Position numbers and translations under genes: made by a program | NCBI RefSeq assembly: GCF_001194135.2 | Contig: NC_068984.1 | Span: forward strand, 140,480,915 to 140,544,914 | DNA: 64,000 bases | Direction: 5' to 3' | DNA from: Octopus bimaculoides | Taxonomy: Eukaryota | The notes under the pieces: generated by a model | What the model saw: only the letters and a program-made list of their open reading frames with translations | What the model was told of the DNA's origin: nothing | Databases searched by the model: none | Shown here: positions 25,249 through 38,400 of the stretch, in pieces | Layout of the letters: the number at the start of each line of letters is the position of its first letter | Position numbering within the stretch: position 1 is the first letter of the stretch

Positions 25249-28200
25249 CCTTGTGCCAAATATTAAAAAGAATATGGAATGTTGTCCAAATCGCAGGACA
25301 CATTGCAGTGCATATTTGAAGACGAATTTTTTTATGTTTTTGCATAGTTTTTTTCAATATCATTTTATTTTGCATTGGATGAAGACTTCTTGAGAAATTG
25401 TTTTAACATTTAGACCAGTAATTATCAACCATGGCTCCTAGGGATGCATGTGATCCTCAAGCATCCTTCCGATGGCCCCCATCAGTTTTCCCCTCAGTAA
25501 ATATAAATTGACTTGTGTTTTACCATTTTCGGCACTCCCCCTACCCTTATCCAAGTTTTGGGTTTGGCCAGATATTAAAAAAAAGGTCGAGAAGCACTGA
25601 GTTAGACATTGCCTATCATTCAACCATGAGAAAAGGAGTCAGGAACCGGTTGACAGCCGAAGACAGCCAGAGTTATGTACCTTGCACAGTACAAAGTTTC
25701 TATAAAATTTTGAAATTGCTGTCAATGTCAATGTTGCAGTATACGTCTATTCTTTTCAATTCTAAGCACAAGGCCCGAAATGTTTGGGGGAGGGGGCCAG
25801 TCGATTAGATCGACCCAGTACGCAACAAGTACTTTATTTATCGACTCCTAAAGGATGCAAGGCAAAGTCGACCTCGGCGGAATTTGAACTCAGAATGTAA
25901 AGACAGATGAAATACCATAAGGCATTTCGCCCGGTGTGCTAACGTTTCTTATTTCTTTATTGCCCACAAATAATAAAAACAACTTTATATTAATCTGTTG
26001 GATTACTCTATACTTTTGTAGAGTACAAATTTATTATTCTTAAACAAGAATATTATTGACAATGACTTTGAAGTTTCAACCAGTTAAGCCATTGTTGGAC
26101 TGTCGACAATGGCTTAACTAGTCAAAACTTCGAAGTTACAGTGAATAATATTCTTGTTTAAGAATAATAAATATGTATGTATGTATGAAACAACTCATTT
26201 CCAAGATTCTTAGCCAAGAAGCAAAATCTTAGTCTAGATTTTTCTGTAAGCTTCTTTTCCTTATTTTTGGCATTTGTACTTGGATATATTAATGAGAATC
26301 AACTGCCATGCTCCATTCAATTTAGGTATGTCGTATTCTTTTCCTGAACATATGAGGTTAAATTCAGTTCAACACAGATAAATGTATTCACCTTCTTTTG
26401 TTCTCCTGTCCTACTTTCAGCTTTTGAACATGTATAAATACAGAACCCAAACAGAATTCTTTCTCTCTTTCACCCAGCATTCTGTTAGAGGAACATACCT
26501 CACTTCATTGGTGAATGAACATGTCTATATCGTTTTTGTAGCTCTGTCTCTTTCTAGCACCTACATCTGACACAAACATTTCCAGAAGTTGTGTGAATCA
26601 TTATTACTATTCTCTTACCATTGAAGGCAGCGAGCTGACAGAATCGTTAGCATGCCGGGCAAAATGGTTAGCGGTATTTCATCTGCCACTACGTTCCGAG
26701 TTCAAATTCTGCTGAGGTCGACTTTGCTTTTCATTATTTACGGGGTTGATTAAATAAGTACCAGTTATGCACTGGGTCAATGTAATTAATTTAATCCCTT
26801 CCCCCAAAATTTGAGGCTTTATGCTTCCAGTGTATTAATGATTCTGCCAACTCTCTGCCTTTTGACTGACTCCATACTAAATTTTTGTTTGTATGTTTTG
26901 GTTTAACCCATGCTTGCATCGAAAACGGTCATTGAATGATGATGTTGATGATGATGTATTCGGCTTTACATTTTTCCTGCATGGTTTATGACTATAACTG
27001 TATAGAATATTTTTACTACAGGGATTTCTTGCTTTATGTTCAGCAGCACTGCTAACACACTTTTCAGATCACATGATCACGTGATCAACCAGACTATAAG
27101 ATGCCGTTACACATCGCTGGTCACAATGCGCTTTGCAGCATTTTAGCTTTCAAATGGTGCTAACCCACTGGCTAGGTGAGCAGGCCAACACTACCCCTGA
27201 TTAGAAGGTTTGTCCATCGTAGGGTTACTCATTTACAGCTAAGTGAACTAGAGCAACGCAAAATGAAATCTTTTACTCAAGAACACAATGCACTGCTTGG
27301 TCCAGGAATCGAACCCACAATCTCACGATCGTGCGTGCAACGCCCTAACAACTAGGCCACATACCCTTTTTACTTACAATAATATTTTCTGTTATAACCA
27401 AGATACTTTTGTAATTGTACTGCTAGATTGCCTTAAATATAATTAATATGCATCAATGCAATATTAATGCCCTAAAATCGATTCTTCCTGAATATGTACA
27501 ACTGAAATTGGGGTGGATCTAAGAAACCCTGCATCTTTTATGCCATCAAATACAGTATTTAAGCGGCAAATTTCCAAACTGCAGTAAAACCGTTGTATTA
27601 TGCAAGGTACATAACTCTGTCTTAGTCTCCCTGGCTAGCAATAATTCAAATTTATTTTTGCTCAGGATTAAATGATAGTTAATAATAGGAAATACAGCTA
27701 AATTGTAAAAACAATTTCTCCTACGAAACTCAATTCATTGAATCTGAAAATAATAATGAAAAATTAATGTAAATCATTAAAAAAATTATATAGAAATAAT
27801 AACAATATATATTATATAAAATTATACAAAAATATAAAAATAGTAAAAAATTATATCAATATAATAAAAAATATATAAAAATAATTTTAAAAATTTAAAT
27901 ATTCACTGTGCCCATCCTTTTCCAAGATGGTATGATTTGAAGGAGATATAGCTGTTATTTCTAGCAGAGTAACAAATCACAGAGAACATAGAGGCAATGC
28001 CTGCTGGCTTATATTAAATTTTTAGTAGAAATTTATAATTTAACCTTATTTGTGGGGTTAATTTTGTTATGTAGTTAACCTCAAGGAGAGACCTCTTCCA
28101 TAATTATTATCATAACACATTAGTGCAGGCGTGGGTTTGTGGTTAAGAAGTTTGCTCTTTAACTGCATAGCTTCAGGTTCAGTTTCAATGCGCAGTACCT

Positions 28201-28572
28201 TGGGCATGTTTTCTATGATAGCCCTGGGCTGATCTATGCTTTATGAAGGAATTTGGTTGAAGGAAACTGAAAGAAGCCTGTCTTGTATGTGTGTGTGTGT
28301 GTGCGTGTATTCGTATGTATGTGCAGGGTATGATCTTAAACTGTATCCAGTAGCAGGGTACCTTGGTATGGAAGTTTCAGGGCTTTAAGGATTGTGGAAT
28401 CACCTCTTAACCATTATTTTCCCCAGGTCTATTCTAACCTGGAGTACTAGCACCTGTTAGGACCGCAACTATGGATTAACTAGCAAATAAACCAATGAGA
28501 GTGAAGAACCCTTAATTCTTGTTAGAACTTCCTTCTTGGAGAATGTAACTCATATGAAAAACAAAAAGCTGA

Positions 28573-28607
<35 letters not shown>

Positions 28608-29486
28608 CTGTTTACAGTTTAGTGTTAGAAGTTGGTTTCTGGTCATCTCAACCTCTGTTGTGCCACTGGGTTCGTGGCAGATTGTTATGAAAAGTGGCTT
28701 CAGTGCTGAGCAACATTCTATCCATTCTAAATAAATTCGTGCACAAGAAATTCTTGGACTCTTGGAGCATTTGCATGGGCTTCCTGAGTTTAGGAAGTGG
28801 TCTGACTTTGTCAGTCATTGACTTCCACCCTGTATGTATGTGTGTATGTATGCATGTATGTATGTATGTATGTATGTATGTATGTATGTATGTATGTATA
28901 TGTTTGTGTGTGTANNNNNNNNNNGTATTTATGTGTGTGTATGTATGTATGTATGTGTGTGTATGTATGTGTGTGTGCATGTGTGTGCATATGTTTGTGT
29001 GTGTGTGTGTGTGTCTGTGTCTGTGTCTGTCTGTGTGTGAATGTTTACAGTTTACACTTAGCTATGGTTACAGGTGATTACATCACCATTTGCAACTATG
29101 CTACAAGTGATGACATCATTATTTGTGTCTGAGCTGCATCCATTGGTTTTTTTTTTTTTTGTTGACACTTTCTGTCAATGAATCATCCATTATCTGTGCG
29201 CTTTCAAATTTCTCTGCAAAAAAAAAAAAATCCATTACTTGAAAAACAGGTAATGGTTGATGCCCCGAGGAGTATTCAGCTGTAGAAATCCCACCTCAAG
29301 TATCTAACCCACATTATTTGAGCCATGCTAGGACAAGAAATCAGGCATTAACCCATATATCCCCATAAGAAAGAGAAGGACAGTATGCAACTGTTAGCTA
29401 CAGGTTTTGACTATTTACTGAACATTTCATATACTCAGTCAGATGCTTCCTGGCAAGTTCCTGTCCAAACAAGTAGGAGCAGTAAT

Positions 29487-29827
29487 GATTGTTTGCCAAC
29501 ATAACAAGGCAGTCCTGGTTTAGGATGAATGTTGCTGTAATTTAGCCCCAGGAAACATCGTCTCCAGCTGGCTATACAACACGATCTGTGTCATTATATT
29601 TTTGAACAATAGCCGAACAATTATTCTGTGCTGATGAAGAGAAATAACCCAGAAATCGTGATACGCAGATATTGTTTAGAGCTGAGTGGGGGTGCTAAAT
29701 TCCCTTGTTTGAAAATATAAGGACACAGATCGTGTTGTATAGCCAGCTGGAGATGATGTCTCCTGGGGCTAAATTACAGCAACATTAATCCTAAACCAGG
29801 ACTGCCATGTTATGTTGGCAAACAATC
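29487..29827. repeat. Long inverted repeat (arms 29487-29609 and 29705-29827) with a hammerhead-like motif in the spacer
   Basis: The ~123-bp arms pair with few mismatches by direct reading. Confidence 0.9.
29625..29669 (+). ncRNA. Type I hammerhead-ribozyme-like motif in the inverted-repeat loop
   Basis: tctgtg CTGATGA agagaaataaccca GAAA tcgtga TA cgcaga; stem I tctgtg/cgcaga pairs over 6 bp. Confidence 0.5.
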
Positions 29828-30626
29828 TTTACTCCAAAGTACTGTTGCTGAATATCTCATGTAGTGAGATTTAAAAATAGTAATTTTCAAGTAGGAGAAG
29901 GTTTTGCTTTGTGAAAATGCAACCAGGGGTATATATGGGTTGAATGAATTGTCATCTTCATAATTATTGTAATGTCCATATTTTTATGTTCACATGGGTC
30001 AGTTGGACTTTGTTGAGGTAGATTTTTTAAGGCCAGATGCCCTTCTTGTCACCAACTTTCGCTTGTTTGCCTGACACAAACAACCATCAAGTGATGTCAA
30101 AGCAAGGAGACATAACACCTTCCCCTTCATATATGCACTCATAATCGTGAGATCATGGGCTCAATTCCTAAACTGGCTGTGCATTGTATTCTTGAGCTAA
30201 ACACTTCATTTCACACTGCTCCAGTCCACTTGGCTGTAAATGGATAACCCTGTAATGGACTGGTCTTCCAATCAGCAGGTATGTTGGCCTGCTCACTCAG
30301 CCAGAGGGGTAACATCATTCAAAAGCTAAAATGATGCATAGCGCATTGTGACAATATCTGATAAAGTAGTTGATCACATGATATATATCATCATCATTAT
30401 CATCATTGTTTAACGTCCACTTTCCATGCTGGCATGGATTGGACGATTTGACAGAGGACTGGCAAGCCGGAAGGCTACATCAGGCTCCAGTCTGATCTAG
30501 CGAGGTTTCTACAGCTGGATGCCTTTCCTAATGCCAACCACTCTGAGAGTGTAGTGAATGTTTTTTACATGCCACTGGTATGGGAACCAGTCAGGTGGCA
30601 CTGGCATTGACCATGATCAAATGGTG

Positions 30627-30673
<47 letters not shown>

Positions 30674-31589
30674 ACAGGCTTCTTTCAGTTTCTGTCTCCC
30701 AAATTCACTTACAAAGACACTTGCCCAAGGTGCCATGCAATAGGACTGAACTCCAAACCATGTGACAGGATAGCAAAATTCTTAACACACACACACACAC
30801 ACACACATACCAAATGTTGTTGGTGTCCAAATTCATACCATTTGGCGCTTGGTATAACTTCTCTCAGCTCATTTTTACCATAAATGTTCTCTACTCTTTT
30901 TGTATATGTCTAAGACTTACATCTGACCAAAGTCAAGGCGAGACAACAGCTGCACTGATGATACATTGAAGCAGAGACACATGTCTGCAGCGGTCCTCTT
31001 GTTCTCAGAAAATAAAAAATCTCTTATTGTTAACAGCATGTGAATTCTGAAGAATTTGATGATTGCTCGAGATTATCTCCCTTGTTATATGAAGTCAGTT
31101 GTAGCTGTTGCTAGGAGACTTACTTTCTCTCAAAGCACTGACATGTTCAATAAAGCCAGAATTTATCTTGTATGATAATTAGTACACCTTTCTTTATGCA
31201 TGTGTGTGTGCTGGCACAGGTGTGGCTTCATTGTAAGAAGCTTGATATCCGACCACATTGTTACATGTTCGGTCCCACAGTGTGGTACCTTGAGCATGTA
31301 TCTTCTACTATATCCTCAACTAGAATATTAATGTCATTTACATACCTACAGTAATGCAAAACAGTTGTGTATTGTTCTTATTTCTTTATTGCCCACAAGG
31401 GGCTAAACACAGCGGGGACAGACAAGGGGATTAAGTCGATTACATCAACCCCAGTGCATAACTGGTACTTGATTTATCGACCCTGAAAGAATGAAAGGCA
31501 AAGTCGACCTCGGCGGAATTTGAACTCAGAAGCATTTCGCCCGGTGTGCTAACGATTCTGCCAGCTCACCGCCTTATCAGTTGTGTATT

Positions 31590-31740
31590 GTTCTGCTAAG
31601 GATTGTTTAAGTTTTCTGTCCCACCGGGTCATGAAGAGGCCAGCCACATCTCCAGCTACACCGACACCAAAGGCTGTGCTTTGAACCTATAGTTTCCTAT
31701 TAAACTTTGTTATTCGTCAAGATGGTTCTTCTGCTAGCCC
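31590..31740 (-). mobile_element. Possible Penelope-like reverse transcriptase remnant
   Basis: AFGVGVAGDVAGLFMTRWDRKLKQ resembles the PLE RT motif G-AIG-AG-A-LFM-WD (recalled, not searched). Confidence 0.4.
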
Positions 31741-32402
31741 CTATTACATGCACAGTCTTTCTTTTTACCTGATTGTTGTTTTCAGGGTCCTGGGTGGGTC
31801 TGGTCCTGCCACTTCAGCACTCTGCAGTGCTTTTCTTCATTGCTGAGATGAAAATTGGTTGTCTTCCCCCCTGTGACCTTGTGGAGCAAAATCTACTAGT
31901 ACATGTTTTAAAACAAAACATCAGTACCGAGGTCAATTTATTCAACCAAAACCCTTTAAGTGCCCCAGCATGGTCACAGTCTAATTGCTGGAACAAGTGA
32001 AAATCCAAGCTGCCATAACTGCAGTGAAAGCTAGAGGTTTAACAATAGCTACTTGTATTATTTTGCAATTTTTAATTATTATTGTTTTTTTGCCAAATAT
32101 ATAGAAAACATTTGTGATCATCTTTATCATCAAAAAGGATGGCTTATAACAATATACAAAGGTGAAAGCTAAAGGAGGTAACTGCACCTGAAGAAAGGTA
32201 AAGATTGGGAAAATGAATTTTGGGTGTTAATGACATTTATCCTCTCATGAAACCCAGATAGTGATGGTTATGATGATGATGATGACTGTGATGATAGCAG
32301 CAACAACATCCACAACAACAACAGCAACAACAATAACAATAACAATAATTATAATCCTTTTTCATTTTGCCTGACAACCTTAAGACAACATCCCTACTAA
32401 TA

Positions 32403-33249
32403 TGTGGTCTGATCAATAAGCATTCAGACTGTTGCTATAGTAACAAAGCTAAAGCACAGAGAGTGAAGCCACTTGACATAAATTGACCTTGAACTCTACT
32501 ACGCATACACACTAAGTTTTAACATTCTAGCTCACTTCTGCTGTTTACAACAGTGCTTGGAAGGAAGGTGTGTATCGTGTGATTGTTGTATTGATCACGA
32601 CAGAGAAAGTTGAGCAGAAAATCTGCATCAAATTTTGCCAAAAGCTTGGTGATACCTACTCAGAGGCCTATGCAAAGTTTTCAAAAAGTTTTCATCATTC
32701 TCGACAAAGTCTAGGAGATCTTGTGCAACTGAAACCCAAGTGTCTTTTTTGGTCAGCTGAAAGCAGTTTTGACAGACAAGTATCTCATACCCAAATCTTC
32801 AGCCATAATGGACTGAACTGAACCATAATTAATCTGCACATCCTCTGATAACTCACAGAGGGTGATTTGATGATTTCCCCTCACAGTTGCATGTACATCT
32901 GTGATGTTTTTCTTAGTTTTGCTGGTTGCAGGTCTCCCAGAAAGTCTGTCAATATCAACATTTTTTCGGCCATCTTGGAAACGTCTGAACCACATGTACA
33001 CTAGTGTGCAGCTCATACACTCCTCTCCATACACTTTCTGCAACTTTGCATAGGCCTCTGTCATGGTCAATGTGATGATCACATGCTCCACACCTTCCTT
33101 CCAAGCACTGCTGTAAACAGCGGAAATGAGCTAGAATGTTAAAACTTTGTTCACATGCACAGCAGAGTTCAAGGTCAATCTTTCCCTACTGGCTTCACTC
33201 TGCGTGTTTTAGCTTCATTACTATGGCAACAGTCTGGATACTTATTGAT
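32403..33249. mobile_element. Fold-back mariner derivative made of two convergent 5' ends
   Basis: 32412-32679 is an inverted homologue of about 33040-33249. The minus strand encodes VYMWFRRFQDGR-SGRP and ENDENFLKT; the plus strand encodes EQKICIKFCQKLG. Confidence 0.85.
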
Positions 33250-35269
33250 ATATATATATATATATGCTGAGACACCCTTCGGTCATGACTGACCATGGGA
33301 TTGCACCTAGAAAGTTACCCTTCCAGGCACAAGTTCAGACAAGGTTGTTTATGGAAGACCAGCAGTTGCCCATGCATCCCCTCTCCATGCCACCAGTGTT
33401 ATCCAAGGGAAAGGCAAAGGCTGATACAGCTTGGCACCAGTGACATTGCAACTCATTTCTACAGCTGAGTTAACTGGAACAACATGAAATAAAGTGTCTT
33501 GCTCAAGAACACAGCACGTAGCCCGGTCTGGGATTTGNNNNNNNNNNNNNNNNNNNNNNNNNNNNNNNNNNNNNNNNNNNNNNNNNNNNNNNNNNNNNNN
33601 NNNNNNNNNNNNNNNNNNNNNNNNNNNNNNNNNNNNNNNNNNNNNNNNNNNNNNNNNNNNNNNNNNNNNNNNNNNNNNNNNNNNNNNNNNNNNNNNNNNN
33701 NNNNNNNNNNNNNNNNNNNNNNNNNNNNNNNNNNNNNNNNNNNNNNNNNNNNNNNNNNNNNNNNNNNNNNNNNNNNNNNNNNNNNNNNNNNNNNNNNNNN
33801 NNNNNNNNNNNNNNNNNNNNNNNNNNNNNNNNNNNNNNNNNNNNNNNNNNNNNNNNNNNNNNNNNNNNNNNNNNNNNNNNNNNNNNNNNNNNNNNNNNNN
33901 NNNNNNNNNNNNNNNNNNNNNNNNNNNNNNNNNNNNNNNNNNNNNNNNNNNNNNNNNNNNNNNNNNNNNNNNNNNNNNNNNNNNNNNNNNNNNNNNNNNN
34001 NNNNNNNNNNNNNNNNNNNNNNNNNNNNNNNNNNNNNNNNNNNNNNNNNNNNNNNNNNNNNNNNNNNNNNNNNNNNNNNNNNNNNNNNNNNNNNNNNNNN
34101 NNNNNNNNNNNNNNNNNNNNNNNNNNNNNNNNNNNNNNNNNNNNNNNNNNNNNNNNNNNNNNNNNNNNNNNNNNNNNNNNNNNNNNNNNNNNNNNNNNNN
34201 NNNNNNNNNNNNNNNNNNNNNNNNNNNNNNNNNNNNNNNNNNNNNNNNNNNNNNNNNNNNNNNNNNNNNNNNNNNNNNNNNNNNNNNNNNNNNNNNNNNN
34301 NNNNNNNNNNNNNNNNNNNNNNNNNNNNNNNNNNNNNNNNNNNNNNNNNNNNNNNNNNNNNNNNNNNNNNNNNNNNNNNNNNNNNNNNNNNNNNNNNNNN
34401 NNNNNNNNNNNNNNNNNNNNNNNNNNNNNNNNNNNNNNNNNNNNNNNNNNNNNNNNNNNNNNNNNNNNNNNNNNNNNNNNNNNNNNNNNNNNNNNNNNNN
34501 NNNNNNNNNNNNNNNTATATATATACACACATATATGTATATATACATTTATAGACATATACATATGCATAAAAATATATAATTGTGTGGATACATGTAC
34601 ATACTGTACACACACATACATACATACATACATACATACATGCACACACATATACATGCCATATATGAACAGACACATTCACACAAATTTAAACAGAAAT
34701 ACATCCATACCCACACATAAACAAGCACACACACATACATACACAGGTACACACATCTGCACTCACATACATGTCCCTCTCTCACTTATGCACCCACGCA
34801 CACACACACACACACACACACACATGTATGTATGCATGTCACTATGAGTCTATGATACACGCATAGACTCTGAGATATACATACATATACATACACACGT
34901 TTATATAACTTTGTATCCCTTTTACGTGGCGAAATCACTTACACTTGCAGAATTCAAAAGACAAGATGAAGTAAAGCAAAAGATTCTATTGTATATCTTC
35001 ATAAATATAAATATCTTTTAGTCAGAATATCACATTAGATCCTAACCATACTATATAAACACAATATTTATACATATTTATACATATATTTATATGTATA
35101 CTACATCTATTGTATAATACGTACACAAAGAATTATCAACTATATATATATATACATATATATAATATAATACTATATAATATACTAAAATATATTATAA
35201 CTAAATATTTGCAATAAAAAAGAAAAAAAGACATCAAAAATAAAGTGTACAACAACAATAAGAGCAACA

Positions 35270-35444
35270 ATGGGTTTTACACAATTTCTAAAGGTTTGCC
35301 TTTTTTTCATGTTTAATATAAACTGCTCCCTTGTTTATGCTCGAATAAGTTTTCAAAAGGACCAGAGGATTGATTATGTGTTCCCCCCACTGATTGAGAA
35401 ATCTGTTGATTCTAGAATTCCTGAAGGACATCTAAGACCACTCG
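35270..35444 (+). CDS. JmjC gene exon 1 (signal peptide to EGHLRPL, phase 1)
   Basis: ATG at 35270; donor ctcg|gtaaga; 175 nt. Confidence 0.88.
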
Positions 35445-38400
35445 GTAAGAAGATCTCTTCGTTGAAATTTGAATGAATGAACTTTAAAGCTCATAAATTA
35501 GTATTAATTAGTATTAATCAGTCAATCAATTAATTAATTGACGCAATTATTTATTTGTTATTTTCTCATTTTTATTTTTTTTTACTCTGTATATTGTTTT
35601 CATTTTTGTCTAAATCTCCTTATCGTTGATGTTTAAATACCTGATCAGCCCTTATCATGAAAACCTACGACCAAATACATTCTAGCCTCAGTCGTCACTT
35701 TTTGCTGAATTTCATCTGTATTTACAATCTGAGTTCAAATTCTGCCAAAGTCAATTTATAAAAGACGCAGCGCATATGCTAGGACTCAATAACCTCCTAA
35801 GCAGACCTGGTGCTGATATGAGTAGAATTTGGGAACCAGTATTAAGAAAAGATACAAAAATAGTAGGTTTATAAGTCCTAAAATTCACTCTATAATTGCC
35901 CATAGGTATATAGCATAGTGGTTAAGAGCACGGGCTACTAACCCTAAAATTCAGGGTTCAACCCCAGAATAAATAATAATAAGCACAGGAGTGGCTGTGT
36001 GGTAAGTAGCTTGCTTACCAACCACATGGTTCCGGGTTCAGTCCCATTGCGTGACATCTTGGGCTAGTGTCTTCTACTATAGCCTCAGGCCAACCTAAGC
36101 CTTGTGAGTGGATTTGGTAGAGGGAAACTGAAAGAAGACCGTCGTATATATATGTATAAATATGTATGTGTGTGTGTGTGTTTGTGTGTCTGTGTTTGTC
36201 CCCCTAGCATTGCTTGACAACCAGTTTGGCAAAAGAGACGGATAAACTTACAAAGAATAAGTCCTGGGGTCAATTTGCTCGACTAAAGGTGGTGCTCCAG
36301 CATGGCTGCAGTCAAATGATTGAAACAAGTAAAAAAAAAAAATACCTTGGTATTATTATTAGGAATGAGAACAGAGTACCCCAGTTGGGGACACCTGATG
36401 AAGGCTGGAGAGTACATCAGCCAAAACATTGTGATAACAACAAACAAGATGAGAACACATATCCGTCGAATGTGAATATTGTACATAATTCCTCATTTCT
36501 AAAATATAGAACATTGAGTCAACTTTGTCTTTCATCCTCTCTGGTCAGTGAAATAAATACCAGTCTAGCACTGGGAGTCGATGTTATCAACTAGTACCCC
36601 TCATTCTACCAAAATATTTCAGGCCATAAACCTATAGTAGAAAGGATTATTATTATCATTATTGTTAAAGCAATTAAGGTGATGAGCTGGCAGATTTGTT
36701 AGCATGCCGGGTAAAATGCTTACTAGCAGTTTATCCGTCTTTATGTTCTGAGTTCAAATTCAGCTGAGGTCAATTTCACCTTTTATCTTTTCTGGGTGGA
36801 TAAAATAAGTGCCAGTTGAACACTGGGGTCAATGTAATCATCTCATCCCTGCTCCCCCAAAATTGCTGCCCTTGTGGTAAAATTTGAAACCATTATTGTT
36901 AAAGCGATTGGCTGACAGAATTGTTAGCACAGCAGACAAAGTGCTTTGCAACATTTTGACTGTCTTTCCATTCCAAAGTCGACTTTGCTTTTCATCCTTT
37001 CAGGGTCGATAAATTAAGTACCAGCTATACACTGTGGTCAATAAAATTGACTAGACCCTCCACCAATTTCAGGCCTTGTACCTATAGTGAAAATTATTAT
37101 TATTATTATTATTAAGGTGGTGAGGTGGCAGAATCATTAGCATGCTGGACAAAATGCTTGGTGGTATTTCACCTGTCGCTGCATTCTGAGTTCAAATTCC
37201 ACTGAGATCGACTTTACCTTTCATCCTTTCAGGATTGGTAAATTAAGTACCAGCGAAACACTAGGATTGATGTAATTGACTAGTCTCCTCCCCACAATTT
37301 TTGGCCGTTGTAACCAATAAAGAAAGGATTATTATTATTATCATTATTATTATTATTATTATCATTATTATTATTATTTTCTCAGGTTTTGTTGGAGCTC
37401 CTGGAGTCTTGCATGCGTAGCGAGCTTACTACCTGCAGCCTACGGTACCATACTATCCATTCTTTTCAGCTCTCTAATACTTTCCTGATTATTCTGGCCG
37501 TGCCAAGGAGGCAAACCTTTTGTAACTGTTCTACTGGGCACTCTATTCCAATTTCCTTTATATTCCTCTTGATGAATATAAGAACGAATTAAATTAAGCT
37601 GGTGTGTGTGGAAGTGAAGCCTTACGGCAGCATACATGTAATTATATTTCATACACATATGATAATGTTTTCAATCATATTTTCTAGGGTTTCAGCGACA
37701 CCCTGATGGCAAAGTAAAAGAAACAAAAGGAATGCCCAATCCGGAATCATTCTACAAATACATCCAAGACAACCAGCCTGTAATGATGTTAGGAGCAATG
37801 AAGAATGTCCCAATAGCTAAAACATGGGAAAAAGATGATTACTTAAAGGAAAAGTAAGTGACCATTTTCTTTTCAAATTTTCCTAGATGATGAGAGGTTT
37901 TGGATCCGATACTTTGGATATGTGGTTAGAATGATGCAGGGAAGAATCACAAGACAGATTCTTCAAGCTGAGCTAACTGCCAAAGGACCTAGTAGTTGTT
38001 TTTGTTGTTGGCACTCCATTGCTTATGACGTCGAGGGTTCCAGTTGATCCGATCAACGGAACAGCCTGCTTGTGAAATTAACGTGCAAGTGGCATAGCAC
38101 TCCACAGACACGTGTACCCTTAACATAGTTCTCGGGGATATTCAGCGTGACACAGTGTGACAAGGCTGACCCTTTGAAATACTGGCACAACAGAAACAGG
38201 AAGTAAGAGTGAGAGAAAGTTGTGGTGAAAGAGTACAGCAGGGTTCGCCACCATCCCCTGCCGGAGCCTCGTGGAGCTTTAGGTGTTTTTGCTCAATAAA
38301 CACTCACAACGCCCGGTCTGGGAATTGAAACTGCGATCCTACGACCGCGAGTCCACTGCCCTAACCACTAGGCCATTGTGCCTCCACAAGGACCTAGTAG

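Noticed and set aside
32185-32230. CTGAAGA...GAAA as a further hammerhead
   Set aside because: Stems I and II do not pair.
33349-34682. Long ORFs in the track here and at 3.0, 5.5, 10.8, 47.3, 61.0 and 61.5 kb
   Set aside because: Artefacts of N runs and (TA)n/(TG)n repeats.
35905-35970. tRNA-like sequence, and similar A/B-box heads at many SINEs
   Set aside because: No complete cloverleaf or acceptor stem; these are SINE heads.
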